This document shows positions 26,809 to 36,576 of a stretch of DNA of 45,546 nt, piece after piece. This stretch comes from Candidatus Woesearchaeota archaeon (GTDB lineage Archaea; Nanobdellota; Nanobdellia; Pacearchaeales; GW2011-AR1). The first letter of the stretch is position 1; the number at the start of each line of letters is the position of its first letter. The notes beneath the pieces are model-generated. The model did not search any database. It was given only the letters and a program-made list of their open reading frames with translations, and was not told the DNA's origin. The stretch lies in the NCBI GenBank assembly GCA_964354995.1, contig CAYHBQ010000001.1, positions 727-46,272 on the forward strand, in the 5' to 3' direction. The translations under genes were made by a program, and so were the position numbers.

Positions 26809-27015
26809 CTAGTGTGCAGTCACCGACGGGCTTTTTCGGCTCTCATTGATGACGGTAAGTAGGCGTGCGATAGCCTTTTTAATCTCTTTGGTTCGTATTT
26901 TTGAACTTTTTCCGGCGACGCGTGAACGGATAAGTTCAACACGAAGTTCGTTAAGCTTCGTAGTCCTCTGACTCTTGTCCATTTTAGATATCTCTTGGGC
27001 GGTTAATCCTTTCAT
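26809..27015 (-). CDS. rpl29: Ribosomal protein uL29
   Basis: LTAQEISKMDKSQRTTKLNELRVELIRSR. Confidence 0.9.
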   Translation of the reverse strand: MKGLTAQEISKMDKSQRTTKLNELRVELIRSRVAGKSSKIRTKEIKKAIARLLTVINESRKSPSVTAH

Positions 27016-27716
27016 GCTTTTTCACCTCGCTTTTTCGTAATGCGTTTTTTCTTTTTAGGACTGTCTTCTACCAGAACTTCCTGTTCGCGGGCTTCCATCT
27101 GGGCCCTAAGCGTCTGAATAAGTGCAGAGTCAACCACAATCTTATCGTGGATATGCGCAGTCGGAGGAAGGATGCTTACTTTGATGCCAATAACTCCCGC
27201 CATCGTCTTTGCTTGGGCCATTGCACGTCGTACTACCTTTGCAGGGTCTCCTGTCTTCTTAAGATACCCTTGAGCGAACCGCCAGCTTTTAGCGCGGTCA
27301 CTCGGAAGCTTCCCTGAGAGAACAATTTCTGCACCGAGTGCACCTGCAGACATAATGCTTTCAAGCATACGATAGGCAATAAGTTTGAACTTCAATGAAC
27401 CCTTACGTTCAAGACCGAGCGCAATTTCATCAGCAACTAGCTGTGCATCAAATAAAGGCTCGGTTATTTCTCGTATCTCGATATGAGGGTTATCAAGTTT
27501 AAATCGTTTTTTCAAGACACTTGTCAGTTCATTTATTTTGTCTCCGCGTGTACCTATGACTAATCCGGGTTTGTTAGTGGCCACTATAATCTTCTCACCG
27601 ACGGGCGTATACTCAATAGAGACTTCGCTAATGCGTCCTTTTCCTAACGAGTTCTTGATATATTCTCGTACCTCTAGCTCTTCTTCTTTAAGCTGTACGA
27701 ATTTCTTTTCATCCAT
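27012..27716 (-). CDS. rps3: Ribosomal protein uS3
   Basis: KH domain IIVATNKPGLVIGTRGDKINELT. Confidence 0.93.
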   Translation of the reverse strand: MDEKKFVQLKEEELEVREYIKNSLGKGRISEVSIEYTPVGEKIIVATNKPGLVIGTRGDKINELTSVLKKRFKLDNPHIEIREITEPLFDAQLVADEIALGLERKGSLKFKLIAYRMLESIMSAGALGAEIVLSGKLPSDRAKSWRFAQGYLKKTGDPAKVVRRAMAQAKTMAGVIGIKVSILPPTAHIHDKIVVDSALIQTLRAQMEAREQEVLVEDSPKKKKRITKKRGEKA

Positions 27717-28278
27717 TTTTCTTTTCCTCCAGTTTCATTTCACGAGCTTTAACCACAAGATTGATACGTTTCGCCTTGCGCCCACCTCGTCGTAGTGGAC
27801 GAACCGCCCAACTCGCAGATGCATAGGTGATGCGCGTTCTGTCAAGGTCGAGCCCATGTGCGATAGCATTGCCCTTGAGGTTTTTAAGTACGCGGATAAA
27901 CTCCTCCGAGGCTACACGGGGATAGCGTCCAGACATAACTCCCGGAGCGCTTCGATGAGGAATTTCACCCTTGAACGGCACTACTTTGCGCAACGCAATA
28001 ACTTCGCCAAGGTCATGCAAAGCAACATCAATCGATTTTCTTTTAACAAATCGACTTAAGTACATGCTATGCTTGAGAGAGGTGTGGAGGTTAAGTCCTT
28101 TTGCAATAACCTCTTCCTTCTTTATAGTTTTCTTCTCTTCTTTCGTGGGTGTTGTCTCGCTCGCAACAGGTTTCTCTTCCTTCTTCTCATGCGCGGTCGC
28201 GTGAACCTGGTGCTTTTCTACGGAAGGCGTTACCTTGATATGCTTATCCGGTTGCGTATTCGTAGGTCGTTCAGTCAT
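27709..28278 (-). CDS. rpl22: Ribosomal protein uL22 with a ~55-aa Lys/Glu/Thr-rich N-terminal extension
   Basis: The core runs from AKGLNLHTSLKHSMYLSRFVKRKSIDVA to the C-terminus. The start is tightly coupled to the uS19 stop. Confidence 0.88.
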   Translation of the reverse strand: MTERPTNTQPDKHIKVTPSVEKHQVHATAHEKKEEKPVASETTPTKEEKKTIKKEEVIAKGLNLHTSLKHSMYLSRFVKRKSIDVALHDLGEVIALRKVVPFKGEIPHRSAPGVMSGRYPRVASEEFIRVLKNLKGNAIAHGLDLDRTRITYASASWAVRPLRRGGRKAKRINLVVKAREMKLEEKKNG

Positions 28279-28279
28279 G

Positions 28280-28678
28280 TTACTTCTTTAGGGCCCTCGA
28301 ACCCTTAGTCGCTCCAATTCCCGCCGCCGAGTGCGCAACTTTCTTTCGGGTAGGTGCGAACTCTCCAAGACGATGTCCCACCATATCAACCACAATCGCA
28401 ATGTCTTCAAACGTTTTTCCGTTATGCACTCCTATCGTTTTTCCGACTAAATGAGGTACAATAACCATTTCTCGCAGATGCGTGCGTATCTTCTTCTTGT
28501 GCGACTCGCTCTGTTCACATCGTCTGATAAACCTTTCAATAAGTTCAAAGTGTCGCAAGACGCTGCGTCTGCTACGAGAAGGGAGATAGGTCGCACACGC
28601 ACGCACATCGAGTTTTTTCAACTCTGCGAGTAGCGTACCGCGATATTTTTCCTCTCGTGATTTTACTTCTACGTCCAT
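28280..28678 (-). CDS. rps19: Ribosomal protein uS19
   Basis: GKTIGVHNGKTFEDIAIVVDMVGHRLGEFAPTRK. Confidence 0.93.
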   Translation of the reverse strand: MDVEVKSREEKYRGTLLAELKKLDVRACATYLPSRSRRSVLRHFELIERFIRRCEQSESHKKKIRTHLREMVIVPHLVGKTIGVHNGKTFEDIAIVVDMVGHRLGEFAPTRKKVAHSAAGIGATKGSRALKK

Positions 28679-28680
28679 GA

Positions 28681-29373
28681 TTAATGTCTCCCCGTTCTGC
28701 GCGGTCGTATGTGTCCGACACGAGCTCCGGCAGGTGCGTTTCGTTTAGCAATCTTAGACTTGATACGTTTACCACGTCCAGAACCGAAAGGATGGTCAAT
28801 AGCGTTCATTTTAACCGCAGAGGTTCGAGGCCATAACTTGCCTTTTGCTTGCATCTTGAAAAACTTTCGTCCCGCAGTAATAAACGGCTTCTGTTGTCGT
28901 CCGTCGCCCGCCACAACACCCACCGTTGCTCTACAGCTCCCATCAACAATGACTTCATGTTTATTGGGCATAATGACTCCTACTTTATCATGTTCGTAAT
29001 GCTTGTTAATGAACGCATTAGTGCCTGCAGCACGAATCATCTTACCTCCATCACCAGGGTTTCGTTCAATATTATAAACCGCAGTTCCTGCAGGAATCTG
29101 TTTAAGCGCAACGACGTTTCCCACATTAATTTCATTTCCTAAAACAAACTCTTGCCCTTCAACTGCACCTTCAAATGCAACATTGTAGAAAATATGGGTT
29201 CCCGCTTGTACTTTAATAAGCGGCGCCGAGTGTGCTGCCGAGTGAATGATGCGCAGGACTCGTGCGGAACCCTCAAAGAGAGGATATCTTACTCTATAAA
29301 TAAACGCTTGCTTTCGAACTTGATATCGAGGCCCACCATGACCTCGTGCCTGCGAGATAATTGTCTTTCCCAT
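28681..29373 (-). CDS. rpl2: Ribosomal protein uL2
   Basis: GNVVALKQIPAGTAVYNIERNPGDGGK...MNAIDHPFGSGRG. Confidence 0.95.
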   Translation of the reverse strand: MGKTIISQARGHGGPRYQVRKQAFIYRVRYPLFEGSARVLRIIHSAAHSAPLIKVQAGTHIFYNVAFEGAVEGQEFVLGNEINVGNVVALKQIPAGTAVYNIERNPGDGGKMIRAAGTNAFINKHYEHDKVGVIMPNKHEVIVDGSCRATVGVVAGDGRQQKPFITAGRKFFKMQAKGKLWPRTSAVKMNAIDHPFGSGRGKRIKSKIAKRNAPAGARVGHIRPRRTGRH

Positions 29374-29621
29374 TATATGAGTCCCAACCGAGTAGCCAAA
29401 TCGGCTGCAGGGTTTTTAACATTGAATTTAACATATGCAAATTTTTTGTTAGCTCGAACTGACGTTCTAATCTTTGCAATCTTCACGTTAAACAATTTTT
29501 CAATTTCAGCTTTCAAAGATTCTTTCCGTGCGTTTCGATTCGTTTCAAACACAAGTGTATTCTCAAGGTCCATAAGCTTAACCGCTTTTTCGCTCGCAAC
29601 AGGTCGTAAATGAATGCTCAT
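29373..29621 (-). CDS. rpl23: Ribosomal protein uL23
   Basis: 82 aa; LVFETNRNARKESLKAEIEKLFNVKIAKIRT. Confidence 0.9.
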   Translation of the reverse strand: MSIHLRPVASEKAVKLMDLENTLVFETNRNARKESLKAEIEKLFNVKIAKIRTSVRANKKFAYVKFNVKNPAADLATRLGLI

Positions 29622-30391
29622 AGGGAATTCAACTCCTCAGCAGCCTTTTCACTCAAGATTATAAGTCTTCCCAAGGGGTAGAGCATACTTACCGTCACAT
29701 CCTTAACTGTTCGAATTTCTATTCCCCCAACACGTGCCTTTTCCTGCGCGCCAACCACTAACAGAACACCTGCGTTACGCTTATAACGTCGTCCACGAAT
29801 CTTGCCTTTTCCTGCGCGCACTTTTTCAGATACAAGAGCGAGAGGACTCAATTCTCCAAAAAGCGTTTTGATAAACTTCGTAAACGCTTTCGTATTTGCA
29901 GAAAGAATGTCTGACCCCGCAACAATTGGAAAACCAAAAGGTGCCTTTTCAAATCGCTCATATCTTTTTTTGATAAACGCTTCCTGCGCGCACGCAGCGA
30001 ACGCAGAACGGAGCGCAAGCTTGTATTCCTTTTTATTCATTCGAAGAAGATTGATGCTCGGTTTCGGTCCATGAGGGCGTCTTCCGCCACGCGTATTAGA
30101 AACTTCAGCACCAACCCAGTTGAATTGCGTTCCTCGTCGCCATAATATTTTACGAGGAGTTCGTGCAATTCCTCGCCCATACTGACCTTTCCAATCGTGA
30201 CGCTTGTGACTAATAATTCCTGAAGCAACATGGCGTCGTCCTGCTTCCACATAAAGCCCGTAGGCTTGGGGGCTACGTTCAAACTCAACAGCGCGGCTGA
30301 CGAGATCAGCCCTAATCGGAGACTCAAAAAACGCAGGAAGCGCAACGTCCTTTTTTTTATTCCCCATTACATCATACAAATGGGCTTTCAT
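29618..30391 (-). CDS. rpl4: Ribosomal protein uL4
   Basis: 257 aa; ISHKRHDWKGQYGRGIARTPRK...GGRRPHGPK. Confidence 0.92.
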   Translation of the reverse strand: MKAHLYDVMGNKKKDVALPAFFESPIRADLVSRAVEFERSPQAYGLYVEAGRRHVASGIISHKRHDWKGQYGRGIARTPRKILWRRGTQFNWVGAEVSNTRGGRRPHGPKPSINLLRMNKKEYKLALRSAFAACAQEAFIKKRYERFEKAPFGFPIVAGSDILSANTKAFTKFIKTLFGELSPLALVSEKVRAGKGKIRGRRYKRNAGVLLVVGAQEKARVGGIEIRTVKDVTVSMLYPLGRLIILSEKAAEELNSL

Positions 30392-31317
30392 AGTTTCAAC
30401 TCCATAAATTCATACTTCTTCTTTGCCTGTTTTTTAGTCGGTCTAAAGGAAGGAGTCACAAGGAGAACGCGTTTAGGAGGGCCCTGAACACTACCCGCAA
30501 TGATAATGTGATTATCGGAGATGGGACCATAATGCTTAAACCCGTAGGATGCAGGAATATGTTCTCCTGCTTTTCCGTGGGCAAGAATAGGCACATTGTA
30601 TTGAATACGAGTAAACATACCGAGCTGTCCCGAAAGAGGAACTTTAAACGTAACACGCGCAGGGTGCCACGGACCGAGGCTTCCGGGGCGACGAACTCCC
30701 TTTTCAGACTTATGGGACTTGAGGCTGATTCCAAATCGCTTGACAGGACCAACAAGTCCCTTTCCTCGCGTAAGTCCGCGAACGTCAATTAAACTTCCCT
30801 TAAAAACATCCTGTATTCCGATTTCTTTTCCAATATGGTTCTTAACGAATGCCAGGGGATCCTGCGCTCGCACAGCTACTTCTGCAAAGTCAGGGGCCTT
30901 CTTGAATAAATCTTTTGTGACAGGATAGACAATGACGTGTATCTCATCCCATCCCTGAATATTTTCAAGAGAGCCCGTCTTTTCAGGAACACGAATAACG
31001 CGCTTTAGAACAGGATCATTTGAAACGATAACATCTTTCATAACGCGGCCATTTTTATAAAACCTCACCGAGAACAATTTCATCTTAGGGACTTCGAGAA
31101 TAGTCACGGGAAGTGCAACTTTCTTATTTGCAGTCATGGACTTTTCAGTTTTATCGCGCACGTACGCGGTTGCCATCCCTGCTTTGTAAGTCAAAAATCC
31201 TAAAAAGCCCTCTCCCTCTTTAATTGTTGTCCAGTTAACTCTAGGCACAGCTTTACGAGCGCGCTTTCGCGGCCAATACTGTAAACTTCCATATCTGGGT
31301 CTGCTTAATTTTGCCAT
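30388..31317 (-). CDS. rpl3: Ribosomal protein uL3 (first gene of the operon)
   Basis: AKLSRPRYGSLQYWPRKRA...FLTYKAGMATAY. Confidence 0.95.
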   Translation of the reverse strand: MAKLSRPRYGSLQYWPRKRARKAVPRVNWTTIKEGEGFLGFLTYKAGMATAYVRDKTEKSMTANKKVALPVTILEVPKMKLFSVRFYKNGRVMKDVIVSNDPVLKRVIRVPEKTGSLENIQGWDEIHVIVYPVTKDLFKKAPDFAEVAVRAQDPLAFVKNHIGKEIGIQDVFKGSLIDVRGLTRGKGLVGPVKRFGISLKSHKSEKGVRRPGSLGPWHPARVTFKVPLSGQLGMFTRIQYNVPILAHGKAGEHIPASYGFKHYGPISDNHIIIAGSVQGPPKRVLLVTPSFRPTKKQAKKKYEFMELKL

Positions 31318-31448
31318 ATCTATGAACGATCAAAATGTACATTACATTATACAACAAGGCGCAACCCAACCGCCTCTTTATCAGAGAGGTGTTGATTGTA
31401 TGCTCCAATCAGATTCTTCTACCGTAAACCGTAGTTCCTTTTGATGTT

Positions 31449-31467
31449 GAGGGTATTTAAACGTTAC
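31449..31467 (-). promoter_or_regulatory. Promoter (BRE/TATA) of the uL3...SecY ribosomal operon, followed by a ~110-nt leader
   Basis: Minus strand reads GTAACGTTTAAATACCCTC. The 13-mer TTTAAATACCCTC is repeated at the uL1 operon promoter (38540..38552). Confidence 0.5.
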
Positions 31468-31475
31468 GAGAATAG

Positions 31476-32177
31476 TCACGCCGCAAATGTTTTCTCAGAG
31501 ATGTGCGTTGTACCATCAACGACCATAGAACGGACGAGCACACCTTTACGCTTCGCTAATTTCCTCATCTCTTCGGGCGTTTTCGCATCGCTCGGAACTT
31601 CGATATCAGTTATAGTAAACGTGTGCCTAATTTCAATAGACTTCCAAGAAGAGGGCGCGCCAAATACAAGTTCTCGTGCAAGAGTTTCATCTGGAGTCTT
31701 GATGGAGCAAAAATCAATCTTGGGTCCTGCCTCGCTTGTACTTGGTTTGGCAGATTTAGGCGCCTTCGGTTTAATTTTCAGAATTTGATCTCCGACGCTA
31801 AAACTCAATGCAAAAAAAGCATTCGGTGCTTTATCCACCAATGCAATAATTTCCTCACCTTTCATAGTCCCCGAAACAACGTATTGCTTAATGCCCATGA
31901 ATTGTTTCAATCCCGTTGAAGGGATTTTACTTTTAAGGTCCATTGTAGACACAACAACGCCACTCACTTCAGTGCTTTTTCCTCCAAGCTTGGTCGCCAT
32001 TAACTTTACAATATCGTTTGCATATTCTGCAGTAGTAGATATGGAATACCCCTTTGCCGATCGAGATGCCTTGACCATAGCCCGTTCCTTAAACGATCCC
32101 TTACTGAATTTCTGGAACTGCAAATGTACAAGCTCATCGACGTTACCCTCGAATATCTTCTTGATAAACGTAGTCAT
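31476..32177 (-). CDS. Hypothetical protein, 233 aa, two domains joined by a KPKAPKSAKP linker; no family recognised
   Basis: Long ORF with its own TTTATAAA box exactly 21 nt upstream of the ATG at 32177. The track start at 32183 is a GTG inside the predicted leaderless start zone. Confidence 0.6.
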   Translation of the reverse strand: MTTFIKKIFEGNVDELVHLQFQKFSKGSFKERAMVKASRSAKGYSISTTAEYANDIVKLMATKLGGKSTEVSGVVVSTMDLKSKIPSTGLKQFMGIKQYVVSGTMKGEEIIALVDKAPNAFFALSFSVGDQILKIKPKAPKSAKPSTSEAGPKIDFCSIKTPDETLARELVFGAPSSWKSIEIRHTFTITDIEVPSDAKTPEEMRKLAKRKGVLVRSMVVDGTTHISEKTFAA

Positions 32178-32263
32178 AGACACGTCACGATTGTTCGATT
32201 TATAAATCTAACAGCGTTTAGAGCCTAGCCAACCTTTATATACATAAAATTCGTTTCTCCGAC

Positions 32264-33295
32264 GTGGCAATTAAAGAACGAGACGTTAAGAAATATTCGG
32301 CGATTTTGCTCGTAGTGCTTCTCACAGTGCTTGCGTTTATGATAATTCGCCCCATTGCTCTTTCAATAGCCGCCGGTTTGCTTTTGGCCTATGTTTTTTA
32401 TCCCTTATACAAATATCTTTTCAAAGTTTTTCGTGAAGGTACAACGACAGCTCTCGCCGTCTCGGTAGTGGTCATTCTCCTCATCTTTATCCCCCTTTGG
32501 TTTATTGTGCCATTGATAATGCGTCAACTTTTTGATATGTTCACGTTCTTCCAGACCTTGGATGTGGCTAATTTTGTAAGGCAAATATTACCTACTTCTT
32601 CAGCCCAGTTGCAAGTTGATGTAACCACTGCAATCGTTAGTTTTATAGGAAAAATCGCAACAACTTCCTTGAGTAGCTTGGGGGCACTTTTGGTTGATCT
32701 TCCAAAGGTATTGCTCAACTTGACCATAGTCATTTTCGTATTTTTCTTCGCAATGCGCGACGGAGAAAAACTAAAAAAATACGTTGCAGAACTTTCTCCC
32801 CTTAAGAAAGAAAAAGGGACCGTGCTCGCACGCCAATTTAAGCAAATAACAAATTCGATTATTTACGGTAATTTCATTATAGGAATCGTGCAAGGTGTTC
32901 TTACGGGAGTGGGGCTTCTTATCTTTGGTGTGCCCAACGCGCTTCTTCTCACGTTTTTTGCGATTATAGCTGCAATTCTTCCCGTGTTAGGGGCTTGGCT
33001 TATCTGGATTCCTGCAGCCATTTACTTGTTTTCAATGGGAAGCACAGGCGCAGCTATAGGATTTACGGTTTATAGCATAGTTCTCGTCTCGACAGTCGAT
33101 AATCTCCTACGCCCCTACTTAGTCGCACGTAATACAAAGTCGTCGTCAGTCGTTGTGCTTGTCGGCATGCTTGGGGGACTCATGGTCTTCGGAGTACTAG
33201 GGCTCCTTATCGGGCCCCTCGTGCTCGAATATCTTATTTTGTTCCTAGAAGCCTACAGAACAAAAGCATTGGCAGATATGTTTGAATCAGATTAA
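32264..33295 (+). CDS. AI-2E family transporter (PerM/UPF0118)
   Basis: 343 aa, about 8 TM, with a VDNLLRPYLV-type C-terminal motif. GTG start sits 21 nt after TTTATATA. Confidence 0.7.
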   Translation: MAIKERDVKKYSAILLVVLLTVLAFMIIRPIALSIAAGLLLAYVFYPLYKYLFKVFREGTTTALAVSVVVILLIFIPLWFIVPLIMRQLFDMFTFFQTLDVANFVRQILPTSSAQLQVDVTTAIVSFIGKIATTSLSSLGALLVDLPKVLLNLTIVIFVFFFAMRDGEKLKKYVAELSPLKKEKGTVLARQFKQITNSIIYGNFIIGIVQGVLTGVGLLIFGVPNALLLTFFAIIAAILPVLGAWLIWIPAAIYLFSMGSTGAAIGFTVYSIVLVSTVDNLLRPYLVARNTKSSSVVVLVGMLGGLMVFGVLGLLIGPLVLEYLILFLEAYRTKALADMFESD

Positions 33296-33330
33296 ACAAA
33301 GTATAAAAGCTCCTTTTTTCATTAGGTATC

Positions 33331-34800
33331 ATGAGGTGTTCTTTAAAGAAATTAAACGTTCAAGCAGGAAAGCCCATCGCCTTTCTTCATGCGTCCGATG
33401 CGCGTATTTTAGGCGTTCACCCAGGGGATAGAATTTTAATACGTACAAATGGAACAAAGGAAATCGCCGTTGTCGATGTAACGACTACATTCATAAAACG
33501 ACGAGAGCTAGGACTATCAGATGAAGTTATTCGCTCCCTGAACCTTTCTCTTTCGTCCTCCATCGAGGTACAACCTATGAAATTTGCTCAAAGTAGCATT
33601 CTTCTCAAGCAGAAACGGGAATGCGACCCCTATACCGAAGAGCAACTTAAGAAAATAATGGGAGATATAGTAAGTGGGGCGCTAACCGAAGCCGAAATTG
33701 CGTATTTTATTTCAGGAATTAATTATTGCGGGATGTCTCTTCAGGAAACGCGGTCGCTTGTTAACGCCATAGTAAGCACCGGGACTAAACTCTCCTGGGG
33801 AACAAAAAAATGTGCCGATAAACATTCAATAGGAGGTATTCCAGGTAATCGTACGACGCCTATCGTTGTAGCCATTTGTGCCGCAGCAGGAGTCATTATG
33901 CCAAAGACTTCTTCACGCGCCATAACCTCTGCTGCAGGAACCGCAGACACGGTTGAAACACTAGCTCGGGTGAATTTTTCAGTGCGCGAGTTACAGGAAA
34001 TTGTGTATAAAACGGGTGCGTGTCTCGCATGGGGGGGTTCGCTCGGTCTTGCGCCAGCCGACGATAAAATAATCCAAATAGAGAAAATACTTAATCTAGA
34101 TCCTGAACCTCAGCTTCTTGCTTCTATTCTGTCAAAGAAGATTGCTGTAGGGAGCAAGTACGTACTCATCGATATCCCCTATGGTTTGGGTGCAAAGGTC
34201 ACGCGCAAGAAAGCACTCGATCTTAAGAAAAAGTTTCTGAAATTAGGAACCTCCTTGGGACTCATTATACAAGTTGTGCTAACCGAGGGTTCACAACCAA
34301 TTGGGGATGGGATAGGCCCCTCGCTTGAGATGAGGGATATCGTACGCGTGCTTACTAAAAACAACTCTCCCCAAGATCTTGAGAAAAAATCAATTTTTCT
34401 TGCAGGTAAAATTCTTGAAATGACAAAAAAAGCGAAACCAGGCAAAGGCGCAGCACTTGCGCGCAAAATGTTATCGAATGGAAGCGCCTTTGTAAAGTTT
34501 AAGGAAATAATTGAGGCACAGGGCGGCTACGTGCGCGAGTTGCCCTTGGCACAATATAAAAAAACGCTCTTTGCGTCAGCGACGGGAACCATCGAGGCGA
34601 TTCATAATAGGCTTATTAACACAACGGCCCGAATCGCAGGTTGTCCTCAGGACAAGGCTTCGGGAATTGATCTCCATGTACACGTCGGAGACAAGGTAAA
34701 AAAAGGCGAGCCACTTGTAACGCTTTACGCCGAATCTCTGTTCAAACTCAAATCGGCTTCAACGTTCTTCATAACAGACCATCCTATTGAACTAGGATAA
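33331..34800 (+). CDS. AMP phosphorylase (archaeal thymidine phosphorylase family II, DeoA-like)
   Basis: Has the N-terminal extra domain (KLNVQAGKPIAFLHASDARILGVHPGDRI) specific to AMPpases, then HSIGGIPGNRTTPIVV and the pyrimidine-nucleoside phosphorylase core. Confidence 0.8.
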   Translation: MRCSLKKLNVQAGKPIAFLHASDARILGVHPGDRILIRTNGTKEIAVVDVTTTFIKRRELGLSDEVIRSLNLSLSSSIEVQPMKFAQSSILLKQKRECDPYTEEQLKKIMGDIVSGALTEAEIAYFISGINYCGMSLQETRSLVNAIVSTGTKLSWGTKKCADKHSIGGIPGNRTTPIVVAICAAAGVIMPKTSSRAITSAAGTADTVETLARVNFSVRELQEIVYKTGACLAWGGSLGLAPADDKIIQIEKILNLDPEPQLLASILSKKIAVGSKYVLIDIPYGLGAKVTRKKALDLKKKFLKLGTSLGLIIQVVLTEGSQPIGDGIGPSLEMRDIVRVLTKNNSPQDLEKKSIFLAGKILEMTKKAKPGKGAALARKMLSNGSAFVKFKEIIEAQGGYVRELPLAQYKKTLFASATGTIEAIHNRLINTTARIAGCPQDKASGIDLHVHVGDKVKKGEPLVTLYAESLFKLKSASTFFITDHPIELG

Positions 34801-34831
34801 TTTTTATAAACCAACAATAGTTCAAGGAAGC

Positions 34832-35119
34832 ATGCACAGACCAATAAAAAAAGATGCGAATTACATGCAGAATCTCGTTGACTATGTAAAAAGAAATCTC
34901 AATAAAGGATACGCGTCTGATTCGCTTCGCTGGGCGTTAATCAATCAAGGTCACTCCCGTATAGAAGTCGATAAGGCCCTTACTTTGGCACAGGCAGAAG
35001 TTTCACGAGAGCGTGTTGCGAGTCGACCCACAGCTTCCCCGCAAACGTCTATATCTTCACCTTCTCTCCAAGTTGAACCTGAACCAAAACAGCCTTTCTG
35101 GAAACGCTTCTTCGGTTAA
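34832..35119 (+). CDS. Hypothetical small protein (95 aa) with a helical L..Y....L.KGY....L..AL...G motif and a Ser/Pro-rich tail
   Basis: ORF with TTTATAAA exactly 21 nt upstream of the ATG. No family assignable from sequence alone. Confidence 0.45.
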   Translation: MHRPIKKDANYMQNLVDYVKRNLNKGYASDSLRWALINQGHSRIEVDKALTLAQAEVSRERVASRPTASPQTSISSPSLQVEPEPKQPFWKRFFG

Positions 35120-35428
35120 TCACGCTTTCCCAAATCGCACGGTATCTCGTTTGTAAATCTTATCTATCGCATGATTAAACGCCTCGTCTAGGTCAATACC
35201 CATTGAATTAGCCATACAACACAACGTCACAATGACATCAGCCATCTCATCACCCACTTCTTTCACGTCCTCTTCTGCTTTCTTTTTCTTAGGTCCAAAA
35301 CGATGATTTAGTTCTCGAGCAAGTTCTCCCGTCTCTTCGGTGAGGCGCGCCATCATTTCAAGAGGTTTCCAATACTCCGCGCCCACGCTCTTGAACCAGT
35401 CATCAACTCGTTTTTGATGCTCTTTCAC
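35120..35428 (-). CDS. MazG-like nucleotide pyrophosphohydrolase domain protein
   Basis: LTEETGELARE...EVGDEMADVIVTLCCMA (E-x2-E ... E-x2-D metal-binding helices of the all-alpha NTP-PPase fold). GTG start. Confidence 0.7.
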   Translation of the reverse strand: MKEHQKRVDDWFKSVGAEYWKPLEMMARLTEETGELARELNHRFGPKKKKAEEDVKEVGDEMADVIVTLCCMANSMGIDLDEAFNHAIDKIYKRDTVRFGKA

Positions 35429-35480
35429 CTCGTTTTATGGCTGGGAGATTAATAAGGATTTATGTAATTGGAAGAAATGT

Positions 35481-35492
35481 ACGCCCGGACCC
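35481..35492 (+). repeat. 12-nt direct repeat ACGCCCGGACCC, a copy of the 3' acceptor end of tRNA-Ser
   Basis: Identical to 36577..36588 and located where GC content drops. Confidence 0.5.
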
Positions 35493-35543
35493 CGCGCGAG
35501 AATAAAGTGCCCCAATCCGGTTTTATTCGCTTAAATTTATGTC

Positions 35544-35586
35544 TTCTGATATAATTAAATAATAGAATATTATATTAATATCAGAA
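35544..35586. repeat. Inverted repeat TTCTGATAT(N25)ATATCAGAA immediately upstream of the GH114-like start codon
   Basis: 9-nt perfect arms at 35544..35552 and 35578..35586 span the AT-rich promoter zone. Confidence 0.4.
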
Positions 35587-35590
35587 TAAA

Positions 35591-36517
35591 ATGGAAATTA
35601 AAAAGGGGTTGTTCGTGTTAATTTTTGCGGGAATTCTTTTGCTCGGGGGCTACACTATAAAAAAAATAGTAGACGATGTTGCAGGACAATCACTGGCTGA
35701 AAAAACTGAAAACATAACTGCGGAACAAAGTGTTTCAAGCATAGATGTCGTTAAAGCAAATAAATCAGGATCACAAGAAGTGCAAAAAACTAATGAAGGT
35801 TCGGAGAACATTGTTTGGTGGAAACCAAATCCAAATACGTCGTGGCAATGGCAATTAATGGGAACAATAAATCAAAACTATGATGTGGAGATGTATGATC
35901 TCGATTTATTTGATAATTCAAAAGAGGTCATAAATGCATTGCAAAATAAAGGTATAAAAGTTATTTGCTATTTTAGTGCTGGAAGTTATGAAAACTGGAG
36001 AATCGACAAGGATGATTTTCCAATTGAGGTTCAGGGAAAAACTCTAGAAGGATGGGAAGATGAAAAATGGCTTGACATTTCCAAAATTGACTTGCTTGCA
36101 CCTATTATGAAAAACAGATTAGATTTAGCAGTAGAAAAAGAGTGTGATGGTGTTGAGCCAGATAATGTAGATGGTTATTTGAACGATAATGGGTTTGATT
36201 TAACCTATCAAGACCAACTGGCCTATAATAAATGGCTTGCAGAAGAAGCTCATAAAAGAGGTTTAACAGTTGGTTTGAAAAATGATCTAGAGCAAATTTC
36301 TGAATTGGTCGATTATTTTGATTTTGCTTTAAATGAACAATGTTTTGAATATAATGAGTGTGAAACTCTTTTGCCATTCATTGAACAAGATAAGGCCGTT
36401 TTTGGTGTAGAATATGAATTACAACCAGCAGAATTTTGCAACGAGGCAATTGAGTTAAACTTTGATTGGTTGAAGATGGAATATGAGTTGGATGGCGGAA
36501 GAATCTCTTGCAGATAG
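35591..36517 (+). CDS. Secreted/anchored GH114-like glycoside hydrolase (endo-alpha-1,4-polygalactosaminidase family)
   Basis: N-terminal TM/signal anchor, then WQWQL, DLDLFD, VICYFSAGSYENWR, WLDI, DGVEPDNVDGY, GLTVGLKN and ALNEQCFEYNEC, the motif series of PF03537/GH114. Confidence 0.75.
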   Translation: MEIKKGLFVLIFAGILLLGGYTIKKIVDDVAGQSLAEKTENITAEQSVSSIDVVKANKSGSQEVQKTNEGSENIVWWKPNPNTSWQWQLMGTINQNYDVEMYDLDLFDNSKEVINALQNKGIKVICYFSAGSYENWRIDKDDFPIEVQGKTLEGWEDEKWLDISKIDLLAPIMKNRLDLAVEKECDGVEPDNVDGYLNDNGFDLTYQDQLAYNKWLAEEAHKRGLTVGLKNDLEQISELVDYFDFALNEQCFEYNECETLLPFIEQDKAVFGVEYELQPAEFCNEAIELNFDWLKMEYELDGGRISCR

Positions 36518-36576
36518 TTAAAATTCTATAATTTTAGCGTTGCATTTTCCACACATCTAATATACCCAAGTAGGAG

